A stretch of 64,000 nt of DNA from IMG/VR virus record IMGVR_UViG_3300007504_000006, positions 22,249-86,248 of that record; one strand, given 5' to 3'. Both the position numbers and the translations under genes were made by a program. Below are positions 20,989 through 29,972 of this stretch, piece by piece. The stretch's first letter is position 1, and each line of letters starts with the position of its first letter. Source of the DNA: a virus. Under the pieces are notes generated by a model. It was not told the origin of the DNA, made no database searches, and saw only the letters and a list, made by a program, of their open reading frames with translations.

Positions 20989-21508
20989 AAGTAAAATAAA
21001 AGGCAGTTCATTTGAAAGAGAAATAGCAAAAGAACTATCGGATTTATATAATGAGAGCTTTGTAAGAACTCCATCGTCGGGTGCTTATGTTGGCGGCTCT
21101 AATGTTGCAAGAAAAGATTTTTTATCCGAGGGTCAGGTACAATCCTTCAGAGGAGACATAATACCACCCGACGACTGGAAATATTTTAATGTTGAATGTA
21201 AATCGTATGCTGATTTCCCTTTCCACCAATTACTATACCAAGGCGATATTAGACTATTAGATGAATGGATAGAACAAATACTAGAAGTGGCAGAAGAAAA
21301 AGATTTAAACTTATTGATACTAAAATTTAACCGCAAAGGCAAATACATAGGCTTCCAAGAACACTTACTTAATTCCTCATTTTATACATATAGACACGCA
21401 AATTATAAAGGCTGGATTTTTACAAGCTACAAAGATTTTATGGAACAAAACAATGGCTCAATTAAATACCTCTCAGTTGAAGGGGTACCACAGCCTCTAT
21501 TGTCGTAA
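20978..21508 (+). CDS. Holliday junction resolvase (PD-(D/E)xK)
   Basis: SK.KGSSFERE.AK.L, F.RTPSSGA, GDII and VECK motifs. Confidence 0.8.
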   Translation: MPSKSKIKGSSFEREIAKELSDLYNESFVRTPSSGAYVGGSNVARKDFLSEGQVQSFRGDIIPPDDWKYFNVECKSYADFPFHQLLYQGDIRLLDEWIEQILEVAEEKDLNLLILKFNRKGKYIGFQEHLLNSSFYTYRHANYKGWIFTSYKDFMEQNNGSIKYLSVEGVPQPLLS

Positions 21509-21510
21509 GA

Positions 21511-21850
21511 CCGGTTGAGAACGAGTACGCTCGTTCGGATCTCCGTGGCAAAAGCAGAAAAAATGAGTAGGCTCTCCTGACAATTGGAACCTACAAGGTA
21601 TATAAGGTAGATCTAATTGCTTTATATAAACCTGCGTTGGATAAGCAGAACGTAAAAAGGTACAGCCCAACCGCCTTAACCTATTTGGTTGTTCTATTAG
21701 AATGTGCTATGTCCGAAGGAAATAGTTATCTTAGCCTTAAACAGGCTAAGTGTGACTTGACTCTCAGGAAATAGTTAAATAGTAATAGTATAAATTCGAT
21801 CTGAATTACGAAGTAATGAAAGATCGTGATGAGCTTTAGCTCATCATTAA
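21511..21850 (+). ncRNA. Candidate structured ncRNA (or structured origin), family unassigned
   Basis: No ORF; at least 7 stems, including a UACG-capped hairpin and G-U-containing helices, plus a 12-nt direct repeat. Confidence 0.6.
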
Positions 21851-21860
21851 AGGAAGGTAA

Positions 21861-22382
21861 ATGAAACTAACAGAATTTGATTATCCTCAAATATACTGCG
21901 ACATGGACGGCGTTTTAGTAGATTTAATAGAAGGTGCAACAAAAATATTAGGTTATAATTTTGCTGAACGTTATGGTTACGTTTCAGGAAAGCACGAACT
22001 ATGGGATAAATTAGCAGAAGAAAAATTATTTTGGGCAGAGTTACCTCCTATGCCTGATATGAAACAACTTTGGGGATTTATATCAACTTTCCAACCTTAT
22101 ATATTAACCGCTGTTCCTGCTGTTCGGTTAATATGGGATCCTCCAGCAGGAATTCAAAAAGCAATGTGGTGTGAAAAAAACTTAGGTATTAGCAAAGATA
22201 GAGTGTATGCTGTAAAACGCTCAGATAAAAAACACTTTGCTAAATCGCACGACGGTCGACCTAATATATTAATTGATGACCATCAACAAAATATTAATGA
22301 ATGGAATAAAGCAGGAGGAAAAGGAATACTCCACACATCTGCAAGTAACAGTATTAAACAATTAGAAGGTATTGGCTTCTAA
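21861..22382 (+). CDS. HAD-family 5'(3')-nucleotidase-like protein
   Basis: IYCDMDGVLVD, ILTA, K..W and ILIDD...NINEW..AGG.GILH motifs. Confidence 0.85.
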   Translation: MKLTEFDYPQIYCDMDGVLVDLIEGATKILGYNFAERYGYVSGKHELWDKLAEEKLFWAELPPMPDMKQLWGFISTFQPYILTAVPAVRLIWDPPAGIQKAMWCEKNLGISKDRVYAVKRSDKKHFAKSHDGRPNILIDDHQQNINEWNKAGGKGILHTSASNSIKQLEGIGF

Positions 22383-22558
22383 AGATTTTGTTGCTGTTTC
22401 TTTCCTGCCTTTGCATCAAGTTTTTGTTTAACAATTTCAAAAAACATTTCTCTTTCATCATAGGTCAACATCCACATATCATTGTATGATATCATTCCAT
22501 CTGAAAACACAACCAGTTCCATTAAATTCTTTTGAAAGGCTCTTACATCATCTTTCAT
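22379..22558 (-). CDS. gp51-like baseplate hub/tail assembly chaperone, 59 aa (missing from the ORF track); probably also the -1 frameshift extension of the upstream gene
   Basis: MKDDVRAFQKNLMELVVFSDGMISYNDMWMLTYDEREMFFEIVKQKLDAKAGKKQQQNL*; the frame stays open upstream to the T-TTT-TTC site. Confidence 0.75.
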   Translation of the reverse strand: MKDDVRAFQKNLMELVVFSDGMISYNDMWMLTYDEREMFFEIVKQKLDAKAGKKQQQNL

Positions 22559-22605
22559 TTCTTGTAAGATTTCCTGAATTTCGTCAGGAGTTGATTGTAA
22601 GAGCC

Positions 22606-23706
22606 TTAGGCGAAAAAAAGGGTCGGATCAAACACAATAGGAGTAGAAGATTTAGATGAACACTTTTCGCAATCAAATTCTATGATGTTATTAAAACCTA
22701 CATCTGTTATTTCTACTATTTTTTCTGATATAGACCCAAAAGAAGTTCGTCCTATATCATGTAACCATTCAGCAATTAATTGTTTGTCCTCAATTGAAGC
22801 AGTTGGTGTGTCTACTTTTATTATAGACCGTAATACTAGCTCATACGTTATTTCGGTAATTTTCTTTAATGATTTGCCTAATTCTACTTGTTTTTCGGCA
22901 TCAGTGGTATCATCATTTGCTAATATATTATTAGTAATCGCAGACCTTTCAAAATTTGCCAATGCTGATTGAATTTGACAACGAAGATCATATGGTTTAA
23001 CATATACAGTTAAATCGCCTATTACTATTTTATATTGTTTTTCGAGACCTGTTATTTGTGTATCTAATAAAAATTCTATATCTACATTAAATTCGGTAGA
23101 TGTATTACATTTTGTACACAAACCACTATAAGCTAATTCTTTCCCATATGTTACTAGTCGTATTGCTAACATTAAAACATTAAAATCTGGTCCAGGAATA
23201 TCATTTGGATTTTCAATATCTGGTACACACGATTTCATTACTTCAATTAATGATTCACCGTTCATTAAAATATCCGGAGATTTGAATAATAATTCATCTC
23301 TTGCAGTCATAGGTCTTACTAAAATTTCATTTAAGTTTGATAACTTAGGAGGTATAGTATAAAAGTTACCATTACTAGGTAATATTACATATACTCCGGG
23401 AGGTCTATGATATTGCATTAACGGATTAGAAGAATTAGTTTCTAAAACAGTATGTCGCACATTATGTTTTTTTGATTCAACTGTTTTTCCACCCTCACCT
23501 GAAACAGGTGTCTCTCGCTCAATTTTTTCTTTTTTAATCTGTTTTTTGGGAGTTGTTGAAAAATTATCTAATGCTTGATTTGCTATTTTTAATACAGGTT
23601 CTGCTTCTGGATTGTCTTTATATTTTTCTATAAATTGTTCTACTTGTTCTTTTGATTCATTAATGTCATAAAACTCGTTTAATATAACATTTGCATCTTC
23701 GGGCAT
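22606..23706 (-). CDS. gp26-like baseplate hub assembly protein with N-terminal extension
   Basis: NPL..Y.R.P..Y..LPS.G.FY, VRPMTARDELLFKSPD.L.NG, LAIR..TYG, two CxxC pairs, C-terminal FDPTLFFA. Confidence 0.75.
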   Translation of the reverse strand: MPEDANVILNEFYDINESKEQVEQFIEKYKDNPEAEPVLKIANQALDNFSTTPKKQIKKEKIERETPVSGEGGKTVESKKHNVRHTVLETNSSNPLMQYHRPPGVYVILPSNGNFYTIPPKLSNLNEILVRPMTARDELLFKSPDILMNGESLIEVMKSCVPDIENPNDIPGPDFNVLMLAIRLVTYGKELAYSGLCTKCNTSTEFNVDIEFLLDTQITGLEKQYKIVIGDLTVYVKPYDLRCQIQSALANFERSAITNNILANDDTTDAEKQVELGKSLKKITEITYELVLRSIIKVDTPTASIEDKQLIAEWLHDIGRTSFGSISEKIVEITDVGFNNIIEFDCEKCSSKSSTPIVFDPTLFFA

Positions 23707-23717
23707 TTTCCTCCTTA

Positions 23718-23742
23718 ATAAATATATATAACTCTATTTATA
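23718..23742. promoter_or_regulatory. Pair of overlapping late promoters for the divergent gp26-like and tape-measure genes
   Basis: ATAAATA on + (23718-23724) and TATAAATA on - (23735-23742). Confidence 0.55.
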
Positions 23743-23753
23743 GGCAGAAATTC

Positions 23754-26315
23754 ATGGCATCTATACAACTTCCAGGCGTAGGCTCAGTAGAAATACCTGA
23801 TTTTGCTACAGATTACACATTACAACAAGTATTAAATGTTCTTTCTAGTCAAGAAGCAGAACGTATCCAGGCCTTAGGAGAAATTAACCAAACACTTGTT
23901 ACAGGATCAAATGTAAGTAGAGCTCAATTAGCTAGAGATACAGAGACAGCATCTAATACTGGAAGAATGTCTCGAATGCAGGCAGTCCAACATAGAACCA
24001 ATCTTCAGACATTAAATCAAATGAAAGCTCAGCATAAAGAAATGTTATCTGCTCAAAAAAGAGCATCTGGGGCTTTCGCTCAACAAATGCCACAAATTAT
24101 GAGAATGGCTGGTTCAATGATATCAGGAAAAGGTATTAGTGATGCATTAAGTATGATGCCAGGTGGCCTTGGCCAAGGGATAGCATTAGCAACAAAAGTT
24201 GTAGGAGAATTTGCCGATTCTCAACGCAGATTAACAGATGTAGGTATGGGATTAGGAACATCTATTATTAATACAGGAGAAGCAATTAGTAGTTTTAATG
24301 TGCCATTAAGTGAATTAGAACGAATTGCAGGATCAAATGCAGTAACTTTAAATTACCTTAATGATACTACTATGGATATGACAAAGGCACATAAGGACTT
24401 ATTAGATCAAGGAGTCAGACCTGGTGTTTTTGCATTTGGATTAATATCGAAAACAGCAAGAGATAGCATGAAAGAATTTGGTAATTTTGGATTTACAGTA
24501 ACAGAAGTAAATTCTTTCTTAGCAGAATATTTAGAAACTGATCGAAAACGAGGAGTATTAGCACAGAACTCTGCTGTAAATTTAGCCGCAAATTTTAAAG
24601 CACTAGCCCAAGAAACTGCCGCCTATGCTTACGATACAGGTAGAAATCGCAAAGATTTAATGAAAGCCCAAATAGAAAATTTAAATCGTACTGATGCATC
24701 AACGTATGCTATGATGCTTAGAATGAAAGGCGAAGAAGGTGCGGCAGAAACATTTGAAAAGAATTTAGCATTAATTACAAATGAAATGAAATCTCGATAT
24801 GGAGAAAATGCAGATTCGATGATTGATGCATGGATACAAGCTCAAACACAAGGTAGAGGTCTAGAAGCAACAGAAGCAGGTGCAGAATTTATGGCTATGT
24901 TAGGACCAGCAGGTGCTGTTTTAGATCAAATGGCAAGATCTGGAGAAGCAATAGACCCTGCAATGTTTGGTAAATTTCATAAAGCATTAGAACAATCAGT
25001 AAAATCATATGACACTCAAAATTTTCAATTATTAGCAACTCAACATGAATCTTTACAAACAGCAGGTCGTATGTTATCTGAAGCTAGAACTACTACTGCC
25101 GAATCTCGACATCAAGCAAAATTACGATTGAAAGAAGGAGCCCAATTATTAAAAGCAAATGAAGCAGTAGTTACAGTAACAACAGATTTACAACAAGGAA
25201 TGTTAAGAGTAACTAATGCAATGGTTGGAGAGGGAGGGGCCCTTCAACCTGCACTTAAAAAAGCAATTGAATCAGTTGGACAATTTACAACTGCAATAGG
25301 GCAAGCGGCAAAAGGTGAAGGATTAGCCGCTTCGGCTACTATCGGAAAAATGTTATTGGACAATCCTTGGCAATTTTTGGCGATGGGAGCAGGTGCTTCA
25401 ATGCTACCTAATGTTAATAAAATGTTTCCACAATCAGGAACATCTATGGCAAACCAAAATAAATTTGCTAGTAGTTTGGCTATGTCACAATTAGGTTCCG
25501 CAACGGTTGGTCAAGGAAATAAAGTATTAAGAGGAGGACAAACATATGAGCTAAAGAACAATATATTTACAGATCCTAATTCCGGTTTGGACTACAAATA
25601 TGATCCCAAAACTGGAAAATTTACACCAACTAAAGGAGCCATAAAATCTATTACAGGTGGAACTGCGAGTAAAGCCATAACAGGAATGAAAGGTGGTACA
25701 TTATCAGGTATATTTTCCATTGGAATAGCAATGATGGAAGGTTATGAAGAATTACAAAGATCAGAATCAGAATTTAATGCACAATGGGGTGGTGCTGACG
25801 TAAATAAAGATTCGCAAGAATATAAAGATGCGGTCGCATTAAGAGATAAAAGAAGAAAAGATATTGCAATTAAAACTTTAGGAAAAGGTGGCGGCGGTAT
25901 GGGCGGTTCTATGTTGATGGGTGGCCTTGTAGGAATGCTAGGTGGCGGACCATTAATGTCGATATTAGGAACTGCACTCGGTGGTTATTATGGTTACAAA
26001 TGGGGTGGCGAAGCGGCAGAACAAGTAACTGGTAGAGAAGATATTTTTACTACAATGCAAGAAAGTATGGGCGAACATGGTAACGAATATACGCAAGGTC
26101 AAAAATTAGCACAAGAACAACAAAAAATTATAAACATGGAAAAAGCCAAAACAGATCCTCAATATTTAGAATTAACAAAAATACAAAAATTATTAGTAGA
26201 TCATGGAACAAAATTAGATGTAATTGCTGGTGCATCAGCATCTACCGCTATAGAAACAACAAAGATAACCAGAACACAAAGCCCGGCTATAGGCCCTCCT
26301 GGGAGAAATTATTAA
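23754..26315 (+). CDS. Tape measure-like protein
   Basis: Long helical A/M/Q/G-rich sequence with Gly-rich hydrophobic segments near the C-terminus; adjacent to the chaperone pair; likely start is the ATG at 23754. Confidence 0.65.
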   Translation: MASIQLPGVGSVEIPDFATDYTLQQVLNVLSSQEAERIQALGEINQTLVTGSNVSRAQLARDTETASNTGRMSRMQAVQHRTNLQTLNQMKAQHKEMLSAQKRASGAFAQQMPQIMRMAGSMISGKGISDALSMMPGGLGQGIALATKVVGEFADSQRRLTDVGMGLGTSIINTGEAISSFNVPLSELERIAGSNAVTLNYLNDTTMDMTKAHKDLLDQGVRPGVFAFGLISKTARDSMKEFGNFGFTVTEVNSFLAEYLETDRKRGVLAQNSAVNLAANFKALAQETAAYAYDTGRNRKDLMKAQIENLNRTDASTYAMMLRMKGEEGAAETFEKNLALITNEMKSRYGENADSMIDAWIQAQTQGRGLEATEAGAEFMAMLGPAGAVLDQMARSGEAIDPAMFGKFHKALEQSVKSYDTQNFQLLATQHESLQTAGRMLSEARTTTAESRHQAKLRLKEGAQLLKANEAVVTVTTDLQQGMLRVTNAMVGEGGALQPALKKAIESVGQFTTAIGQAAKGEGLAASATIGKMLLDNPWQFLAMGAGASMLPNVNKMFPQSGTSMANQNKFASSLAMSQLGSATVGQGNKVLRGGQTYELKNNIFTDPNSGLDYKYDPKTGKFTPTKGAIKSITGGTASKAITGMKGGTLSGIFSIGIAMMEGYEELQRSESEFNAQWGGADVNKDSQEYKDAVALRDKRRKDIAIKTLGKGGGGMGGSMLMGGLVGMLGGGPLMSILGTALGGYYGYKWGGEAAEQVTGREDIFTTMQESMGEHGNEYTQGQKLAQEQQKIINMEKAKTDPQYLELTKIQKLLVDHGTKLDVIAGASASTAIETTKITRTQSPAIGPPGRNY

Positions 26316-26319
26316 ATGG

Positions 26320-26355
26320 TTGACAAAACACATATAAGAGCATATAATATAAATA
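26320..26355 (+). promoter_or_regulatory. Overlapping sigma70 and late promoters upstream of the portal
   Basis: TTGACA(26320)-17 nt-TATAAT(26343), overlapping TATAAATA (26348-26355). Confidence 0.7.
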
Positions 26356-26372
26356 TTACTATAGGATAATAT

Positions 26373-28082
26373 ATGAGCTGGAAAAAACATTTTACAGTAT
26401 ACCAATTCGGTAATACTAAAAAAGTAGGACAATCACATACAAGTGCAAGTAAATTTGGTTCTTGGTTACCTGAAGTTTATACAGGACAACCTAATAGAAT
26501 TGAACGTTATGTTCAATACGACCAAATGGATATAGATTCTGAAGTTAATGCGGCTTTAGATACTATTGCTGAATTTTCGACACAATTTGTAGATAAAACA
26601 AATATACCATTTGAAGTCGAATGGAAAGAAGATTCAACAGAAACTGAAGTAGCATTATTAGAAAAAGCATTAGAACAATGGAATAATCTAAACGATTGGG
26701 ATAAACGTATTTGGAGAATATTTAGAAATACATGTAAATATGGAGACCAATTTTTTATTAGAGACCCGGAAACATATGAATGGAATTGGGTTAATCCAAT
26801 GGATGTTACAAAAGTAGTTATTAATGAGGCAAAAGGTAAAGAACCAGAACAATATATTGTTCGCAATTTAGCATTAAATTTACAAGAAAAAACAGCATCA
26901 AATATTATTCCGCATAGTGATCAATTTGCATCAGTTACCGCTATGCAACGAGGTGGTATTATTGACCGAGGAGCATATGGTACAGGTAGTGGTCATAGTC
27001 AAAGCGGATATGGTGGCGGAGAACAAGAAGAATACGGAGTTGACGCAAATCATATGGTGCATTTAGGAATGACAGAAGGCATGGATATTAATTGGCCTTT
27101 TGGTCAAAGCATTCTTGATCCGGTGTTTAAAACGTACAAGCAAAAAGAATTACTAGAAGATTCTATTATAATTTATAGAGTACAGCGAGCTCCAGAACGT
27201 AGAGTATTTTACATAGATGTGGGAAACATGCCATCACACAAAGCAATGGGATTTGTAGAGCGTGTGAAAAATGAAATTCACCAACGTAGAATACCAAATA
27301 AAACTGGAGGAGGCACAACAATCATGGATGCTAGTTACAATCCTCTTTCAATAATGGAAGATTACTTTTTTGCACAAACAGCAGAGGGAAGAGGATCTAA
27401 AGTTGAAGTATTACCTGGAGGTGAGAATTTAGGGCAGATAGATGATTTAAGGTATTTTACAAATAAAATTTTAAGAGCGTTAAGAGTACCTAGTTCTTAC
27501 CTCCCAACAGGTCCAGATGATGGAACTTCAAGTTATGTTGACGGACGAGTAGGTACTGCATTTATTCAAGAATATAGATTTACAAAATATTGTCAACGTA
27601 TACAAGCATTATTAGGACCTACATTTGACAAAGAATTTAAACTCTTTTTAAAATGGAAAGGTATTAATATTGATTCAGGTACGTTTGAACTTAGATTTAC
27701 GGATCCGCAGAGCTTTAGTCAATATAGAGAAGTAGAAGTTGATCAAGCTAGATCAGCAGTATTCAGTGGACTTGCAGAAGCACCATATATGTCTAAGCGT
27801 TTTGCATTAAAGAAATACCTAGGACTTTCAGAAGATGAAATAGTAGAAAATGAGCAAATGTGGAGACAAGAAAATGGTGAGCAAGATACACAATTAGATC
27901 CTGAAAGTGATATGAGCGGATTAGGAGCAGTAGGAGTTCAACCTATGGATCCAAATATGATGCAACCTATGGAAGCCGAACCACTGCCAGGAGCAGAGGA
28001 TCCAATGGATCCTGCAGGAGCAGAAGGATCGGCATCACCTATTACCGGCGACGAACTACCAGATGCACCAGGAGCAGTATAA
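26373..28082 (+). CDS. gp20: Portal vertex protein
   Basis: LLEDSIIIYRVQRAPERRVFYIDVGNMP, EDYFF..AEGRGSKVEVLPGG.NLG.IDD..YF. Confidence 0.95.
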   Translation: MSWKKHFTVYQFGNTKKVGQSHTSASKFGSWLPEVYTGQPNRIERYVQYDQMDIDSEVNAALDTIAEFSTQFVDKTNIPFEVEWKEDSTETEVALLEKALEQWNNLNDWDKRIWRIFRNTCKYGDQFFIRDPETYEWNWVNPMDVTKVVINEAKGKEPEQYIVRNLALNLQEKTASNIIPHSDQFASVTAMQRGGIIDRGAYGTGSGHSQSGYGGGEQEEYGVDANHMVHLGMTEGMDINWPFGQSILDPVFKTYKQKELLEDSIIIYRVQRAPERRVFYIDVGNMPSHKAMGFVERVKNEIHQRRIPNKTGGGTTIMDASYNPLSIMEDYFFAQTAEGRGSKVEVLPGGENLGQIDDLRYFTNKILRALRVPSSYLPTGPDDGTSSYVDGRVGTAFIQEYRFTKYCQRIQALLGPTFDKEFKLFLKWKGINIDSGTFELRFTDPQSFSQYREVEVDQARSAVFSGLAEAPYMSKRFALKKYLGLSEDEIVENEQMWRQENGEQDTQLDPESDMSGLGAVGVQPMDPNMMQPMEAEPLPGAEDPMDPAGAEGSASPITGDELPDAPGAV

Positions 28083-28342
28083 TGAAAGATTATGTAGAAA
28101 TGATGAAAGAATTTAGACAATTATCTGAAGCACCAAAATCAGATAATGTAGGTACACAATACGAAGAAATTGACGATCAATCAAAATATGAATATGACGA
28201 CAGTCGGCGCCCTCGATTAACACTTACACATTTGAACAAATTGAAAAAAATGCGTAAGTTAAAAAAGTTAGATCTTGATAAAAGATACAAATTTTTTAAA
28301 GAAATTTACGGAATCCCACCAGCACCTCCTCCAACGATGTAA
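28082..28342 (+). CDS. Small prohead-associated protein
   Basis: Coupled to the portal stop codon; RRPRLTL.HLNKLKKMR; occupies the gp67/68 position. Confidence 0.6.
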   Translation: MKDYVEMMKEFRQLSEAPKSDNVGTQYEEIDDQSKYEYDDSRRPRLTLTHLNKLKKMRKLKKLDLDKRYKFFKEIYGIPPAPPPTM

Positions 28343-28444
28343 TTTTTTTCCAAAAAAGGCGATTTTTAGACCTTTTTCTAAGCTATTTCTCTCTCGAATT
28401 GTAAATATTAATAGTTTCAAAACGCTTTCTTTAGGAGTAATTAT

Positions 28445-29320
28445 ATGACCACGAGAGAAAAACTTGAAAAGGTCCTCGAATTTATCATAAACGAGGAAAA
28501 TGAAAAGGCCAGCGACCTCCTTCATGATGTATTTGTGGAAAAGGCTCGAGGCATTTACGAAGAGATTGCAACCGAAGACGAAGATCTTGAGGAAGCAACA
28601 GAAGAAGAAGTCGAGGAAGCAAAATCCGACGACGACAAAGAAGATAAAGAACAAGTAGACGAAGCAGACATTCAAGATCAATTTGCAGACGAAGTCGAAA
28701 CCGACAGCGAAATGATTGATCAAGAAGAAGTAGCAGAAGAAGATCCAATAGGTGACGAAATGCCTATGGATGATGAAATGGGTGACGCAGAAGGCGAAGA
28801 TCCTGTTGAAGATGCTTTTATGAATGTTGAAGATGCTTTAGACGAACTTAAAGCCGAATTTGCTCAACTAATGGGTGACGAAGAGCCAGTAGATATGGAC
28901 GACGAAGCACCAGTAGATGATATGAGCGATATGGTTGACGCAGAAGAAGAAGATCCATTAATGATGGGTGGAAACGACGAAGAACCAGTAGAAGAAGAAC
29001 TTGATTACGAACAAGTTGGTGAAGGTGCAGTAAATGTTCCAGATCCAAATATGAGCGAAACAGGTTTTGCAGCCGCTGGTGGATCTACCGGAGCAGTAGG
29101 TAACAAATCCCCTGTAGCAAGTAAAAATGATATGGGCGGAACCGCTGTTAAAGTTAATGATGGTTCTGAAGGCGATCATGGTGACAATGCTGTTAAAGAA
29201 GATAACGCAGGAAACGTAAATGTACCAGGCGGAAAAGCAGGAAAAGCACAATCAAATGTAGCCGATCCAAAAAACAGTGAAGAAGCAAGTAATAAAAAAT
29301 CACCAATAGATGGTTCGTAA
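28445..29320 (+). CDS. Acidic prohead core protein (gp67-like)
   Basis: Very D/E-rich, many LxE sites, sits between portal and protease; late promoter TAAATA at ~28402. Confidence 0.65.
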   Translation: MTTREKLEKVLEFIINEENEKASDLLHDVFVEKARGIYEEIATEDEDLEEATEEEVEEAKSDDDKEDKEQVDEADIQDQFADEVETDSEMIDQEEVAEEDPIGDEMPMDDEMGDAEGEDPVEDAFMNVEDALDELKAEFAQLMGDEEPVDMDDEAPVDDMSDMVDAEEEDPLMMGGNDEEPVEEELDYEQVGEGAVNVPDPNMSETGFAAAGGSTGAVGNKSPVASKNDMGGTAVKVNDGSEGDHGDNAVKEDNAGNVNVPGGKAGKAQSNVADPKNSEEASNKKSPIDGS

Positions 29321-29331
29321 GGAAAAAATAA

Positions 29332-29961
29332 ATGGGCGTAACATTAGTAGAGAAATTAAGTTTTGATCAAGCTAATATACAAGTAGAATCCGTTGATGAC
29401 AATGGAACAAAGAATCTCTTTATGAGAGGTGTCTTTATTCAAGGTGATGTTAAGAATCAAAATCAACGGGTTTACCCAATTAATGAAATTAATAAAGCGG
29501 TAAAATCGCTAAAAGAAAAAATAACCTCAGGGTTTTCGGTATTAGGAGAAGCCGACCATCCAGAAGATCTAACAGTTAATTTAGATCGTGTTTCTCATGT
29601 AATAACAGAAATGGATATGCATGGAGCAGATGGAGTAGGAAAACTTAAAATTTTACCAACGCCTATGGGGAATCTAGTTAAAACACTATTAGAGAGTGGT
29701 GTTAAACTAGGTGTTAGTTCAAGGGGATCAGGAAATGTCAGTGAAGGTGGAAAGGTCTCCGATTTTGAAATTGTGACAGTTGATATTGTCGCACAACCGA
29801 GTGCCCCTAACGCTTACCCGGATCCAATTTACGAGAAGCTGGAAAATTACAAAAAAGGCGGATCATTGTTGGAATTAGCTGAAGCAGTTAGGTATGATAA
29901 AAAGGCACAAAAGCACCTTACTAAAGGGATCACTACATTTATTAGTGATCTTAAATTTTAG
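29332..29961 (+). CDS. gp21: Prohead core protease
   Basis: N.NQRVYP, LGEADHP, ILPTPMG, LGVSSRGSG and DIVAQPSAPNA motifs. Confidence 0.95.
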   Translation: MGVTLVEKLSFDQANIQVESVDDNGTKNLFMRGVFIQGDVKNQNQRVYPINEINKAVKSLKEKITSGFSVLGEADHPEDLTVNLDRVSHVITEMDMHGADGVGKLKILPTPMGNLVKTLLESGVKLGVSSRGSGNVSEGGKVSDFEIVTVDIVAQPSAPNAYPDPIYEKLENYKKGGSLLELAEAVRYDKKAQKHLTKGITTFISDLKF

Positions 29962-29972
29962 GAGAATTTAAT

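Noticed and set aside
21511-21850. tRNA, tmRNA, CRISPR array or self-splicing intron
   Set aside because: No T-loop/CCA cloverleaf, only two copies of a 12-nt repeat, no recognisable intron core, and both flanking genes look complete.
23691-23753. Extended N-terminus of the tape-measure ORF (also the extensions at 17279, 32403, 33331, 56984, 59553)
   Set aside because: Downstream ATGs fit RBS or translational coupling better; the extensions overlap neighbouring genes or promoters.
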